This document shows, one piece after another, positions 9,086-20,899 of a stretch of DNA of 64,000 nt (positions within the stretch are counted from its first letter, which is position 1; each line of letters opens with the position of its first letter). Position numbers and translations under genes: made by a program. The stretch comes from Verrucomicrobiota bacterium (GTDB lineage: Bacteria > Verrucomicrobiota > Verrucomicrobiia > Limisphaerales > J093), in the NCBI GenBank assembly GCA_029556615.1, contig JAKQDD010000196.1:11167-75166 (forward strand). Reading direction: 5' to 3'. Below the pieces are notes generated by a model. The model saw only the letters and a list, made by a program, of their open reading frames with translations, did not search any database and was not told the origin of the DNA.

Positions 9086-10071
9086 GGGACGGGGACCTGC
9101 TCGAGGAGGTGGGCCACGATATGTTCCGCGGTGATGCCATCGGCATCCGCCTCGAAGGTTGTCAGGACGCGATGGCGGAGGACATCGGGGGCGATGGTCT
9201 TGATGTCCATCGGGGTGACATGGGGTCGGCCCTGGAGGAACGCATGAGCTTTCGCGGCGAGGGCGAGGTTGATCGAGGCCCGGGGCGAGCCGCCGAATCG
9301 GATGAAAGGCTTCATCCGGGGCGCGAGCGTCCCCGGGTTCCGCGTTGCGAAGACGAGCCGGACGATGTAGTCGGAGACCTGGTCGTCCACGTAGATCTGG
9401 TCGACCAGTTCCCGCATGGCGAGGATATTCTCCGGGTGCAGGATGGCGGTGAGAGGCGGCCGGGGGGCGGTACGGGACATCAACGCCATGATCTGGCGTT
9501 CCTCGGTTTCGCTCGGGTAGGTGACGATCGTCTTGAGCATGAAACGGTCGACCTGGGCTTCCGGCAGCGCGTAGGTGCCTTCCTGCTCGATGGGGTTCAT
9601 GGTAGCCAGCACCAGGAATGGCGCCGGCAAGGGGAACGTCTCCTCGCCGATGGTGACCTGTCGCTCCTGCATCGCCTCGAGCAGGGCGCTCTGGACCTTG
9701 GCCGGAGCGCGGTTGATCTCGTCCGCGAGCACGAGGTTCGCGAAGACAGGCCCCTTGCGTGTTTGGTAGACGTTGTCCCGGGGATTGAAGACCAGATTCC
9801 CTATCAGATCGCCCGGCAGGAGGTCGGGGGTGAACTGGACGCGGGCGAAGTCGAGGTGCAGGCACTGCGCCAGGGCGTTGACGGTGGCCGTCTTGGCCAG
9901 GCCCGGGACGCCCTCGAGCAGGACATGGCCGTTGGCCAGCAGTCCCGTGAGAAGACGCTCCATCAGGATCGCCTGGCCGACGATGTTCTTGGCCATTTCC
10001 TGGCGCAAGGCCTCGAGACGCGGTTGGTGCGAGGCGATGGTCTCCTCGAGCGGACGCAGGTCGGTATGCAT
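9082..10071 (-). CDS. MoxR-family AAA+ ATPase
   Basis: Start at MHTDLRPLEE (ATG 10071). Walker A LLEGVPGLAKT, Walker B LADEINRAPAKVQSALLEAMQE, and FLVLATMNPIEQEGTYALPEAQVDRF. Confidence 0.9.
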   Translation of the reverse strand: MHTDLRPLEETIASHQPRLEALRQEMAKNIVGQAILMERLLTGLLANGHVLLEGVPGLAKTATVNALAQCLHLDFARVQFTPDLLPGDLIGNLVFNPRDNVYQTRKGPVFANLVLADEINRAPAKVQSALLEAMQERQVTIGEETFPLPAPFLVLATMNPIEQEGTYALPEAQVDRFMLKTIVTYPSETEERQIMALMSRTAPRPPLTAILHPENILAMRELVDQIYVDDQVSDYIVRLVFATRNPGTLAPRMKPFIRFGGSPRASINLALAAKAHAFLQGRPHVTPMDIKTIAPDVLRHRVLTTFEADADGITAEHIVAHLLEQVPVP

Positions 10072-10261
10072 GCGGCGGTCCCATTCTGTCGAGTCGCCCG
10101 GGAACGCCGCAAGCAAAACCCGGACAGGGAACCCACCGGGGGCGCACGACGGCATTACTCGCCACGAGTGAACGTGACTGCCTTGGTGGTGCCATCCTGT
10201 AGCCGCCCGCGGATTTGGGGTGCTTGTGGGCCGGCTCGGGGTCTGGCAGAGTACGCGGGCG

Positions 10262-11500
10262 ATGAGACCGGGGGCGGTGGTGTTGGCGGGTGTTCTGGTC
10301 CTGGCGGTGGCTTGGGCGATCGTTGCGCCAACACCGCGGGTGAGGATCGGGGACACGCCGCGGGTCGAGGGCCCGGCAGGCGGGGTGCCGGCGCTGCGCC
10401 CCGCTCTGAATCCCGGGGATGAGATCTTTCGGGAACCGACGGTGTTGGATTTCCACATCCGGCTGGCGCCGACCAACCGGCAGGCGTTGCGGCAGCGCCC
10501 GCGGGATTACGCTGCAGCCACCGTGGTCGTGAACGGCGTCGAGTTCACGAACGTGGCGGTGAAGCTCAAGGGCGCAGCCGGGAGTTACCGGGGTCTGGAT
10601 GATCATCCGGCGTTGACGGTCTCGTTCGCCCATTTTGTCGAGAACCGCCGGCTGTTTGGCCTACGGCGGCTTCATCTGAACAACTCGGTCCAGGATCCGT
10701 CGTATTTGAACGAGTATGTGGGGAGCGAGCTATTTCGCGCCGCGGGGGTGCCGACGCCGCGGGTGGCCTGGGCCGTGGTCCGACTGGACGGCGATTCGCT
10801 GGGGCTCTACGTGTTGAAGGAGGCGTTCGAGAAGGAGTTTCTGCGCTGTCATTTCACGAATCCGGACGGCAACCTCTATGATGGCGGGTTTGTCAGCGAC
10901 GTGGATCAGGAATTGGAGCGAGACCTTGGCAGTGGGCCGGCGGATCACTCGGACCTGCGCGCGCTGACGGCGGCGGCCCGGGATGATGACGCCCATCGGC
11001 GGTGGACGAACCTGCAGCGGGTCCTGGATGTGGAGTGCTTTGCGCGATACGCTGCGCTGTCCGTGATGCTGGGGGATTGGGATGGATATCCGCTGAACCG
11101 GAACAACTACCGGGTGTACTTCAATCCCGCGGACGGTCGTGCGGTGTTCTTTCCCCACGGGCTCGATCAGCTCTTTCAGCGGAGCAGCATGGCGCTGGAC
11201 TCGGGTTGGTCGGGTCTGGTGGCCTGGGGGCTCTTTGGGACCGAGCCGGGATGGGCGTTATACGAGGCCCAGTGCCGGGACGTCTTTGCCGGCGTGTTCA
11301 CCTTCGAGCGGATCAGCAACCTGGTGGAGCGCGCCGCGGCCACGCTGGCGCGTGTTCAGCCGGACATGCCGCAGATCGCCCGGTCGTACACGGATCAAGT
11401 GGCCTGGCGGCTGCGCTCACTGCGGCGGGATCCGCTGCTGAAGCCGCCCGAGGCCGCGTCCGGAGGCGCATCCACGGCAAGCCAGGCGGCAGCCCGGTAA
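10262..11500 (+). CDS. CotH kinase-family protein (secreted or membrane-anchored)
   Basis: Start at MRPGAVVLAGVLVLAVAW (ATG 10262). CotH-type segments LHLNNSVQDPSYLNEYVGSELFRAAGVP, LGLYVLKEAFEKEFL and GDWDGYPLNRNNYRVYFNP. Confidence 0.8.
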   Translation: MRPGAVVLAGVLVLAVAWAIVAPTPRVRIGDTPRVEGPAGGVPALRPALNPGDEIFREPTVLDFHIRLAPTNRQALRQRPRDYAAATVVVNGVEFTNVAVKLKGAAGSYRGLDDHPALTVSFAHFVENRRLFGLRRLHLNNSVQDPSYLNEYVGSELFRAAGVPTPRVAWAVVRLDGDSLGLYVLKEAFEKEFLRCHFTNPDGNLYDGGFVSDVDQELERDLGSGPADHSDLRALTAAARDDDAHRRWTNLQRVLDVECFARYAALSVMLGDWDGYPLNRNNYRVYFNPADGRAVFFPHGLDQLFQRSSMALDSGWSGLVAWGLFGTEPGWALYEAQCRDVFAGVFTFERISNLVERAAATLARVQPDMPQIARSYTDQVAWRLRSLRRDPLLKPPEAASGGASTASQAAAR

Positions 11501-11720
11501 CCAACGTCGGCGGTCACGAAGAACGCCGGCTATTCTGGGGGGACTTGGGCATGTCCGCCCCCGGACTTTCTCCACGGCGTTTTCAGCGATTCTGTGTGGC
11601 TCCACATCATCCTGCAGGGCGCCACGACAACAGGCTGAGCCTGCGGCACTGCTCCGAGCGCCGTCGAGGGGCGATTGTAAACCAGTCACCCTGTTGTTGC
11701 GGACTCTTCGTTCACCCGTT

Positions 11721-11825
11721 GGAAAGCGGCAGGGGGCAGCCGCACTCCAGGACGCCACCGCGCAGATTGCGGGGCCACGGTGCGGCCGCCAGGTTGTGGA
11801 GTGCGCCGGCCCTCCGGCGCTTTCC
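11721..11825. repeat. about 105-nt imperfect palindrome (long hairpin) in the gap between convergent genes
   Basis: The left arm GGAAAGCGGCAGGGGGCAGCCGCACTCCAGGA (11721-11752) is about three-quarters complementary to the right arm (11791-11825, ...TGTGGAGTGCGCCGGCCCTCCGGCGCTTTCC). No credible ORF lies in 11501-11882. Confidence 0.45.
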
Positions 11826-11882
11826 AAGAGCCCGTGCCTCGGCCCTCGATCTGCGCGAGAGCGTTTTGGAGTGGAGCCTGGT

Positions 11883-13295
11883 CTACTCCGGACGCCGGTT
11901 GATCTTCGCGTTCTCGCTGGCGAATCGGGTCAGCAGGTCGCGGACGGCGTCTTTGTGGACGCGGAAGGTCAGCATTTTGAGGCGGAGGTAGTCGCCCCGA
12001 TAGAACCAGTAGCCTGGGATGCCGCGCTGGCCGGATCGTGAGGAGTCCTTGATCAGGAACCAGTCGTGATCGGCGAGGCGGCTGCAGCCGACGACGTGGA
12101 GGCCATGGTCATCGCCGGTGGTCTGGTTGGCGAACCGGAATTCGCGGGCGGACTGGTCGATGCGTTCCGGCGGCATGTCGAAGGACGGCACGAGGGCGAC
12201 GTCCTCAGCTCCTTCGTGGCCGATCTCGGACACGTCGCCGGCGATGGTGACCGAGAATCCGGCCTGGACCGCCTTGGTCAGTGCGCCGTACCACTCCTCG
12301 AGGGGCACGTTGTAGTACTCCTTGCTGTGCCAGTAGTTGTCGGGGACTTCGTATTCCGCCTTGGTCCAGAAGGGTGCGTAGAGAAACGACATGAACTCGA
12401 CGTAGTCGTCGGGGTTCAACCGAACGACGTCGCGGAGGTACTCCTGCGGGGTCATGGTGCGACCATCGACGGTGATCCGGGCGGGCGGTTCGCCGAGGTG
12501 CCGGTTCAGGATCAACCGGACCGAGGGGAGGACGATCGACTCGTCCCAGAGCTGCTGGTTTTTCACGTAGCCGAGGTAGCCGCTGAGTTCGTCCATGAGG
12601 GGGCCCTGGTCGAACACGGTGTTGGTTCCCCGCAGGCCGGTGTAGGCGGATTCGGGGACGATCCCGCAGGTCTTCCATCGCAGGAGCAGGGCCTCGCTCT
12701 GAGATCCCTCCGCCACAAGGCTGGTCCCCTTGGTTCGCACGTACTCGCGCGCTTTCTCGACGAACTCCCAGTAGACGGTGAACATTTCGGAGAGTTTGAT
12801 CTCCTTTCCGGTCAGGCGGTGAATCTCGGATTCCATCAGGGAGGTGGTGCAGAAGCACCAGCAGTTGCCCGTCCACCATTGGCGCTTGGGCGGCTGATGC
12901 CAGATCGGCTGGAATTCCCCGAGCGACCGCGGCCGGACCAGGGTCGAGAAGTCCATGGTGAGCTTCTTCTTCGGTTTGCGGCTTTCGGCCGTGAATGGGA
13001 GGCCCTTGCGCTCGGCACGAGCCTGATCGCGCGCATTCTCTTCCTGGATCTCGCGTTCGATGGGCGGCATTTCGCGGTACACGGCCGTGTCGCTGGGGGT
13101 GGTGGCGCCACTGCCCGCCGGAGCGGGGTTCGATTGTGCCCGGAGGGAGGCAACGATGCCCACCACTGCCAGGGTGGCCGTGAGGGACGCAATCGCCCGG
13201 CTGACCGCCTCGATTCGCCGCCGGGAGAAGGAAGCTATGGGTGTCGCGGCAGCATCCCGAGAAGAGAACGACAACGGGTTCATGAGGCGGAGCAT
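11883..13295 (-). CDS. C1-family cysteine peptidase (aminopeptidase C / bleomycin hydrolase-like)
   Basis: Catalytic Cys context QWWTGNCWCFCTTSLMESE. Catalytic His context GDDHGLHVVG. An N-terminal signal/anchor is followed by a low-complexity linker. Confidence 0.75.
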   Translation of the reverse strand: MLRLMNPLSFSSRDAAATPIASFSRRRIEAVSRAIASLTATLAVVGIVASLRAQSNPAPAGSGATTPSDTAVYREMPPIEREIQEENARDQARAERKGLPFTAESRKPKKKLTMDFSTLVRPRSLGEFQPIWHQPPKRQWWTGNCWCFCTTSLMESEIHRLTGKEIKLSEMFTVYWEFVEKAREYVRTKGTSLVAEGSQSEALLLRWKTCGIVPESAYTGLRGTNTVFDQGPLMDELSGYLGYVKNQQLWDESIVLPSVRLILNRHLGEPPARITVDGRTMTPQEYLRDVVRLNPDDYVEFMSFLYAPFWTKAEYEVPDNYWHSKEYYNVPLEEWYGALTKAVQAGFSVTIAGDVSEIGHEGAEDVALVPSFDMPPERIDQSAREFRFANQTTGDDHGLHVVGCSRLADHDWFLIKDSSRSGQRGIPGYWFYRGDYLRLKMLTFRVHKDAVRDLLTRFASENAKINRRPE

Positions 13296-13348
13296 GACCG
13301 CGTCAGCGCCGCCGTCAAGGCCGGTGACCGGATGGGTGCGCCGCTTCG

Positions 13349-15934
13349 CTAGCGTTGCGCGCTCACCCGGTAGAACCGCTGCGCGCCTGCCGGGTTCGGA
13401 TCATGGAGTGACCGGGGCGACCCGTCACCTTCCACGATTGGCAGAGAGACCCACGCGGCAGCTCCGAGCATATCGCGGTATTCAAGCTGATAGCGGATCC
13501 CCGGCTGGGTCAACACGGTCACCGTGAACCCGCGATCGTCGAGCATTGGACTCTCGATCCGCGGCGGCTCGACCGGTGTGGCGGACTGCGGGACCAACCG
13601 CGCCAGACCGGTGCGGCGCACCCCATCGAACGCAGTGAACTCGCCGCCTACCACAAGGCTGCCGTCGGCGAGTGGGAGGAGGGCGTTGACCCGTCCGTTC
13701 GCCCCCAGACCGGGGTCGAAGCTCGGGTCCGCGTTGCCGTCGAATCGGACGCAACCGAGGCGCTTGCGCGCCAGACCGCCGAGCTCGGTGAAATCGCCGG
13801 CCAACAGGGTCCGGCCACCGGGCATCGACAGCAGGCTGCGCACGCTGTCGTTGGGGCCGGTGTGGGGGTTGAACGTGGCGTCCAGGGTGCCGTCGGAGTT
13901 GATGCGGACGAAATGGGCGCAGGCCTGGCCAGTGATCTCGGTGAAATCGCCGCCGACCAGGTAGCGTCCGTCTCCATCGACTTGGAGGACGAAGACCACG
14001 GCGTCGACTGGCAGCCGCGCGAGGAAATCCGTGTCCAACGTCATCTTCCGCGAGCCACCGGTCGAGACCAGCTTAAGCTTCGCGAGTGCGGGCTGTGCGA
14101 CATCGCCGACCGTGTTGAACCAGCCGCCGACCAGCAACGTCGAGGGGTCCGGACTGGCGAGCGCTGCCACAGCGCCGTCCATGGCGTCGGTCGTGAATTG
14201 GGAGTCCAAAGCCAGGGTGGGGGGGATCGTGGTGCGCCGGACTCCGAAACCGCCCCCGACCAACAGGCGGCCGTCGGCCTGCTGGACCAACGCGGCGACG
14301 GACCAATCGGACGACACGAATTGCAGGATACTGACAGGACCGATAACCCCACCGCGCAAGGAGACCAGACCTTTGGAGGGCAACCGATTCACGGAGGAAA
14401 ACAAGCCACCGAGGACCACCTGGCTCGCCGCGTCGTTCCCCAGGGGGAGGATGGTGTTGACGGTCGAGTTGGGGCCGTCCGCCAGATCGAAGTTGGGATT
14501 CAACGCGCCGTCGGGTCCGAACGAAGCCAACCGCACCCGTTCCTCGTTGTCGACCAAGACAAACTCGCCACCGACAAGGATGTTCGTTGGGCCCAGCGAA
14601 GCAAGGGCCTTGACGCTCCCGCTGCACTTGAGCTCGACGGCAAAGCCGGTGTCGATGCTCCCGTCGGGCAAGAGCCGAACCAGGCCGCTCACGGTCGTCC
14701 CACTCGCCTGGGAAAAAGAGCCGCCCACCAGGATTTCGCCGCGATCGAGCACGGCAAGGGCATGGACCATCGGGATGCCCATGCCACTCAGGTGCGCATC
14801 GAAACCGAGGTCGACGGTCCCGTCGGCGTGGAGGCGGACGAGGCCTGTGAGGGGCTGGCCTGCCGGTTTGTGCACGTCGCCGCCGACGAGGACCTTGCCG
14901 TCACTTTGGACCGCCAGACAGGCCGTGATTCCGTTGAGCGGAACCAACTGCCAGGCAGGATCCAGCGTGCCGTCGGCGTTGAGCCGGGAGACGCCGAAAC
15001 CGCCCACCAGGATCCGGTCATCAGGTTGCAGCGCGATCCCCTGGAGAATGCGTCCCAAGGCGAACGTCTGATCCAGACCGCCGTTCGGGTCGAGCCGGGT
15101 CACCTGTCGCAGGCCGTCTTCGACGCCCAGCATCGTCCCGCTCCGCTCGAGGGCGATGCTCTCGTACCCATGGGAAGCTGGCGCGTTGAATGCAGGGTCC
15201 AGCGTGCCGTCGGAGTTGACGCGAATCACCCCAGAACCGGCTGCCGACACGAATCGCCCGGCGACCAGCAGTTGTCCGCTGGGCAGCAACGCGAGGTCCT
15301 CGACACGCCCCGGTGCGGCAACCTCGAAGGTCGGGTCCACGCTACCGTCCGGATGCAACCGGGCCACCGAGTTCCGACGGCTCGTGCCGACGCGTTCGAA
15401 GTCGCCGCCGACGAGGATTTTGCCATCCGGTTGCAGCACCAGGACGCTCACCCAGCCGTCGAGACCGTCCCCGGGATCGAACGTGTTGTCCACGGCACCG
15501 TCCGTTTCCAGGCGCACGATCCGGCGCCGCAGGGTGTTGTTGACCTGCGTGAATTGGCCGCCGACCACCGTCTTCCCGTCGCCCTGGACGACCAGCGCCG
15601 TGACGATCGGTTGACTCCACAACGCCGGCGCAAAAGCGGGGTCCACGGTCCATCGGGTCGGCGCCGGGGATTCGACGGTCACGTGTGCCGCCAGGCTCGT
15701 GATCGACCCAGCCCTGTTCGACAGGGTCACGGAGTAGCCGCCTCCCTGATCCAACCCGACGCGGTCTACTGGCAGCCCGGCCGGGGTTGCAGCCGGGATT
15801 GCGGTGCCGTCATGGAACGTCAGATCGGTTCTGCCAGGAGAACCGCCCCAGAGTTGGCAGCTCAAGGGTAACACCAGACCCAGCGAGGCGAGCGAAGGAA
15901 TCGACGTCATCATACCCGCAAGAGGTGGCAGCAT
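13349..15934 (-). CDS. large secreted delta-60 repeat protein with an N-terminal Ig-like domain and a C-terminal RFYR module
   Basis: More than 12 tandem units of the type DG(S/T)(L/V)D.(T/A)F...G.V..L..Q.DGKILVGG.F. Signal peptide MMTSIPSLASLGLVL. Ends ...AQRFYRVSAQR. Confidence 0.75.
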   Translation of the reverse strand: MLPPLAGMMTSIPSLASLGLVLPLSCQLWGGSPGRTDLTFHDGTAIPAATPAGLPVDRVGLDQGGGYSVTLSNRAGSITSLAAHVTVESPAPTRWTVDPAFAPALWSQPIVTALVVQGDGKTVVGGQFTQVNNTLRRRIVRLETDGAVDNTFDPGDGLDGWVSVLVLQPDGKILVGGDFERVGTSRRNSVARLHPDGSVDPTFEVAAPGRVEDLALLPSGQLLVAGRFVSAAGSGVIRVNSDGTLDPAFNAPASHGYESIALERSGTMLGVEDGLRQVTRLDPNGGLDQTFALGRILQGIALQPDDRILVGGFGVSRLNADGTLDPAWQLVPLNGITACLAVQSDGKVLVGGDVHKPAGQPLTGLVRLHADGTVDLGFDAHLSGMGIPMVHALAVLDRGEILVGGSFSQASGTTVSGLVRLLPDGSIDTGFAVELKCSGSVKALASLGPTNILVGGEFVLVDNEERVRLASFGPDGALNPNFDLADGPNSTVNTILPLGNDAASQVVLGGLFSSVNRLPSKGLVSLRGGVIGPVSILQFVSSDWSVAALVQQADGRLLVGGGFGVRRTTIPPTLALDSQFTTDAMDGAVAALASPDPSTLLVGGWFNTVGDVAQPALAKLKLVSTGGSRKMTLDTDFLARLPVDAVVFVLQVDGDGRYLVGGDFTEITGQACAHFVRINSDGTLDATFNPHTGPNDSVRSLLSMPGGRTLLAGDFTELGGLARKRLGCVRFDGNADPSFDPGLGANGRVNALLPLADGSLVVGGEFTAFDGVRRTGLARLVPQSATPVEPPRIESPMLDDRGFTVTVLTQPGIRYQLEYRDMLGAAAWVSLPIVEGDGSPRSLHDPNPAGAQRFYRVSAQR

Positions 15935-17449
15935 TTCGGTTGGTCAAAACCTGGATCTGGCCTGGCGGCGGAGCCAGGATTCCACGACGCGACGCCAAGC
16001 CCGGCGCGCGTCCCGGCGACCGGGAGCTTCCACAGCGCGGAGGGTACGCTTGGCGCGGGCGCTAATCCACCTGGAAATGGCAACCCCAGCTCCGTGAGGA
16101 ACCGCTGTCTGCGGTGGGACGAAGCAGTCGATCAACCGCGAAGAACGAAGAGCGCGGAGAGGCAGGCTCCTCCCCCTCTTCCCTTGCGCCTTGTGCGCCT
16201 CTTGGCGGCCGTTCCCTCTTCCCGTCCTTCGTGGTGAATTCCGGCCGCCCTCGAGTCCCCAAGGCGAGGATCAGGGATCGACGCCTCCTATTGTGGCGGA
16301 GTAACCTATCAGCCATGAAACCGGCAGGTCAGAGCATGTCCCGCATCGCGTTCATGAATCTGCGTTTCTCCCGGAGCGCAGCGCGATGGTTTGGCATGGG
16401 TGCGGTCGTGGTGATGATGGTTGTCCGGGCGGCGGACATCGTGCCGCCGCTGCAACCAACGGACGTCTTTGTCTCGGGGCACGGGGGGTACTTCGCCTAT
16501 CGGATCCCGGCGCTCGAGACGGCTCCTGACGGCGCGATTCTGGCCTTCGCCGAAGGCCGGAAGAACAACCTGGGCGACCCCGGCTACGAGGGGAACGACA
16601 TCGACCTGGTGGCGCGTCGCAGTACGGACTCGGGTGTCACCTGGTCGCCCATGACCGTCATCGAGGATCCGGGCGACAAATGGTCCGCAGGCAACCCGGC
16701 GACCTTGGTCGATCGCGACACGGGCAAAGTCTGGCTGTTCTACCTTCGCTGCAAGCCGGGGCGGAACACGGAGACGGCGCGTCCGGGGACGGACGACAGC
16801 CAGATCCTGGCGCGGACCAGTTCGGACAACGGTCTGACGTGGTCGCCGCCGCTCGACCTCACGGCCGTCTCGCGCGATTTCGCCGATCCCAAGTGGCGCT
16901 GCAGTGTCGTCGGACCCGGGGGCGGCATCCAGGCCCGCGACGGCCGGCTCGTGATCCCGGTCTGGCGATTCGAGCCGTGGGGGGATTTCGCCATGTTCAG
17001 CGAGGACCACGGAATCACGTGGCATCGGGGCGCGCTGGCGCCCGGGTTGTCGGGGGACGAATGCCAGCTGGTCGAGCTGGCGGACGGCCGGCTGCTCCTG
17101 GACGTGCGCCAGCAATCGGGGCCCACACGCCTGCTCGTGACGAGCGCCGACGGTGGCCGGACGTGGTCGGCGACGCGCCCGGGGGCATCGGTCACGCCGG
17201 TGTGTTGTGCCATCGAGCGATTCACCCTCGAGTCCCGGGGTGACGATCGCAATCGTCTGGTGTGGACGGGGCCGAAGGGCCCGGGTCGGACCCATCTCGT
17301 GGTCCGGGTGAGTTACGATGAGGGGGCGACCTTCGGCGGCGAGCGGCTTCTGGCGGCGGGTCCGGCGGCGTACTCGGACCTTGCGTTGCTGAAGGACCGC
17401 GCGATCGGGGTGCTGTGGGAACGCGGCGTCGACCGCGGCTACCAGTTCA

Positions 17450-20227
<2,778 letters not shown>

Positions 20228-20314
20228 AGCGCAAGTCGCGCATGAAAGACAGGGGAATTGACTTGTGCAATCGCCGGGTCAGGCTACTTTGCAGCGTTTT
20301 GAAGAGCGAACATC

Positions 20315-20719
20315 ATGCATTCAACATCTGAAAACGGGGTAGTCCTTGCCAAGACCCTCGAGTTATGCGGGGTCCTGGCTGCCGATCCGGACGTTGTCAC
20401 CCTCCGGCAGCAGGTCGAGGCCTTTCTGGCGGACGATGCCGCCAGGCTCCTCTACCAGACCGTGGCGGAGAAAGGCGACGCCCTGCATCGGAGGCAACAG
20501 CAGGGCCTGGCTTTGGAACCGGCTGACATCGCCGACTTCGAACGGGAACGCGACGCCTTGCTCGGCAACGACGTGGCCCGGGGCTTTCTCGAGGCTCAGC
20601 AGAAGATGCATGAGATTCAGGAGCTCGTGACCCGCTACGTGCGGAAGACGATGGAGCTGGGTCGTGTGCCCGGGCCGGACGACTTCCAGTCCTGCGGCCA
20701 GGGCTGCAGCTGCCATTAG
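20315..20719 (+). CDS. YlbF/YmcA-like (UPF0342) protein with a C-terminal Cys cluster
   Basis: 134-aa helical protein. The call rests on size, the motif FLEAQQKMHEIQELV and the terminal CGQGCSCH, which resemble the YlbF family as I recall it. Confidence 0.5.
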   Translation: MHSTSENGVVLAKTLELCGVLAADPDVVTLRQQVEAFLADDAARLLYQTVAEKGDALHRRQQQGLALEPADIADFERERDALLGNDVARGFLEAQQKMHEIQELVTRYVRKTMELGRVPGPDDFQSCGQGCSCH

Positions 20720-20899
20720 AGTCCTCGCCATGTGGAATCTGTGGTGAACAGGCCAAGGTCTACTCGGTCTGGTTACAGACCTCCCCTCCTTCCGGCGAGG
20801 ACTCTATGGTAGCGAGGCGCGGAACAGGGGGAGGGAAGGGGGCCGCGGGGTCGTGACAGGCCTGGGGACTTGGTTGGGTCTGGGGTGGCGCCTCGCTAG
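20717..20899. repeat. two-hairpin dispersed intergenic element, copy A
   Basis: Aligns to 39411-39587 and 50322-50501. Helix 1 is 20718-20729 / 20794-20805 (12 bp perfect). Helix 2 is 20810-20820 / 20888-20898 (11 bp perfect). Confidence 0.8.

Noticed and set aside
8150-10633. 827-aa ORF, and the 464-aa version of the MoxR ORF (9082..10476).
   Set aside because: Only the C-terminal ~311 aa (DUF58) and the 329 aa from MHTDLRPLEE (MoxR) match their families. The upstream parts are Arg/Pro-rich and overlap neighbouring genes.
20717-20899. MITE interpretation of the two-hairpin element (CTAG/TAG at both ends resembling IS5-type target duplications).
   Set aside because: The two termini are not inverted repeats of each other (GAGTCCTCG... 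versus ...GCGCCTCGCTAG). Copy B lacks the right-hand CTAG. The TAG/CTA triplets may simply be the flanking stop codons. A REP-like or RNA-element interpretation fits better, but the question remains open.
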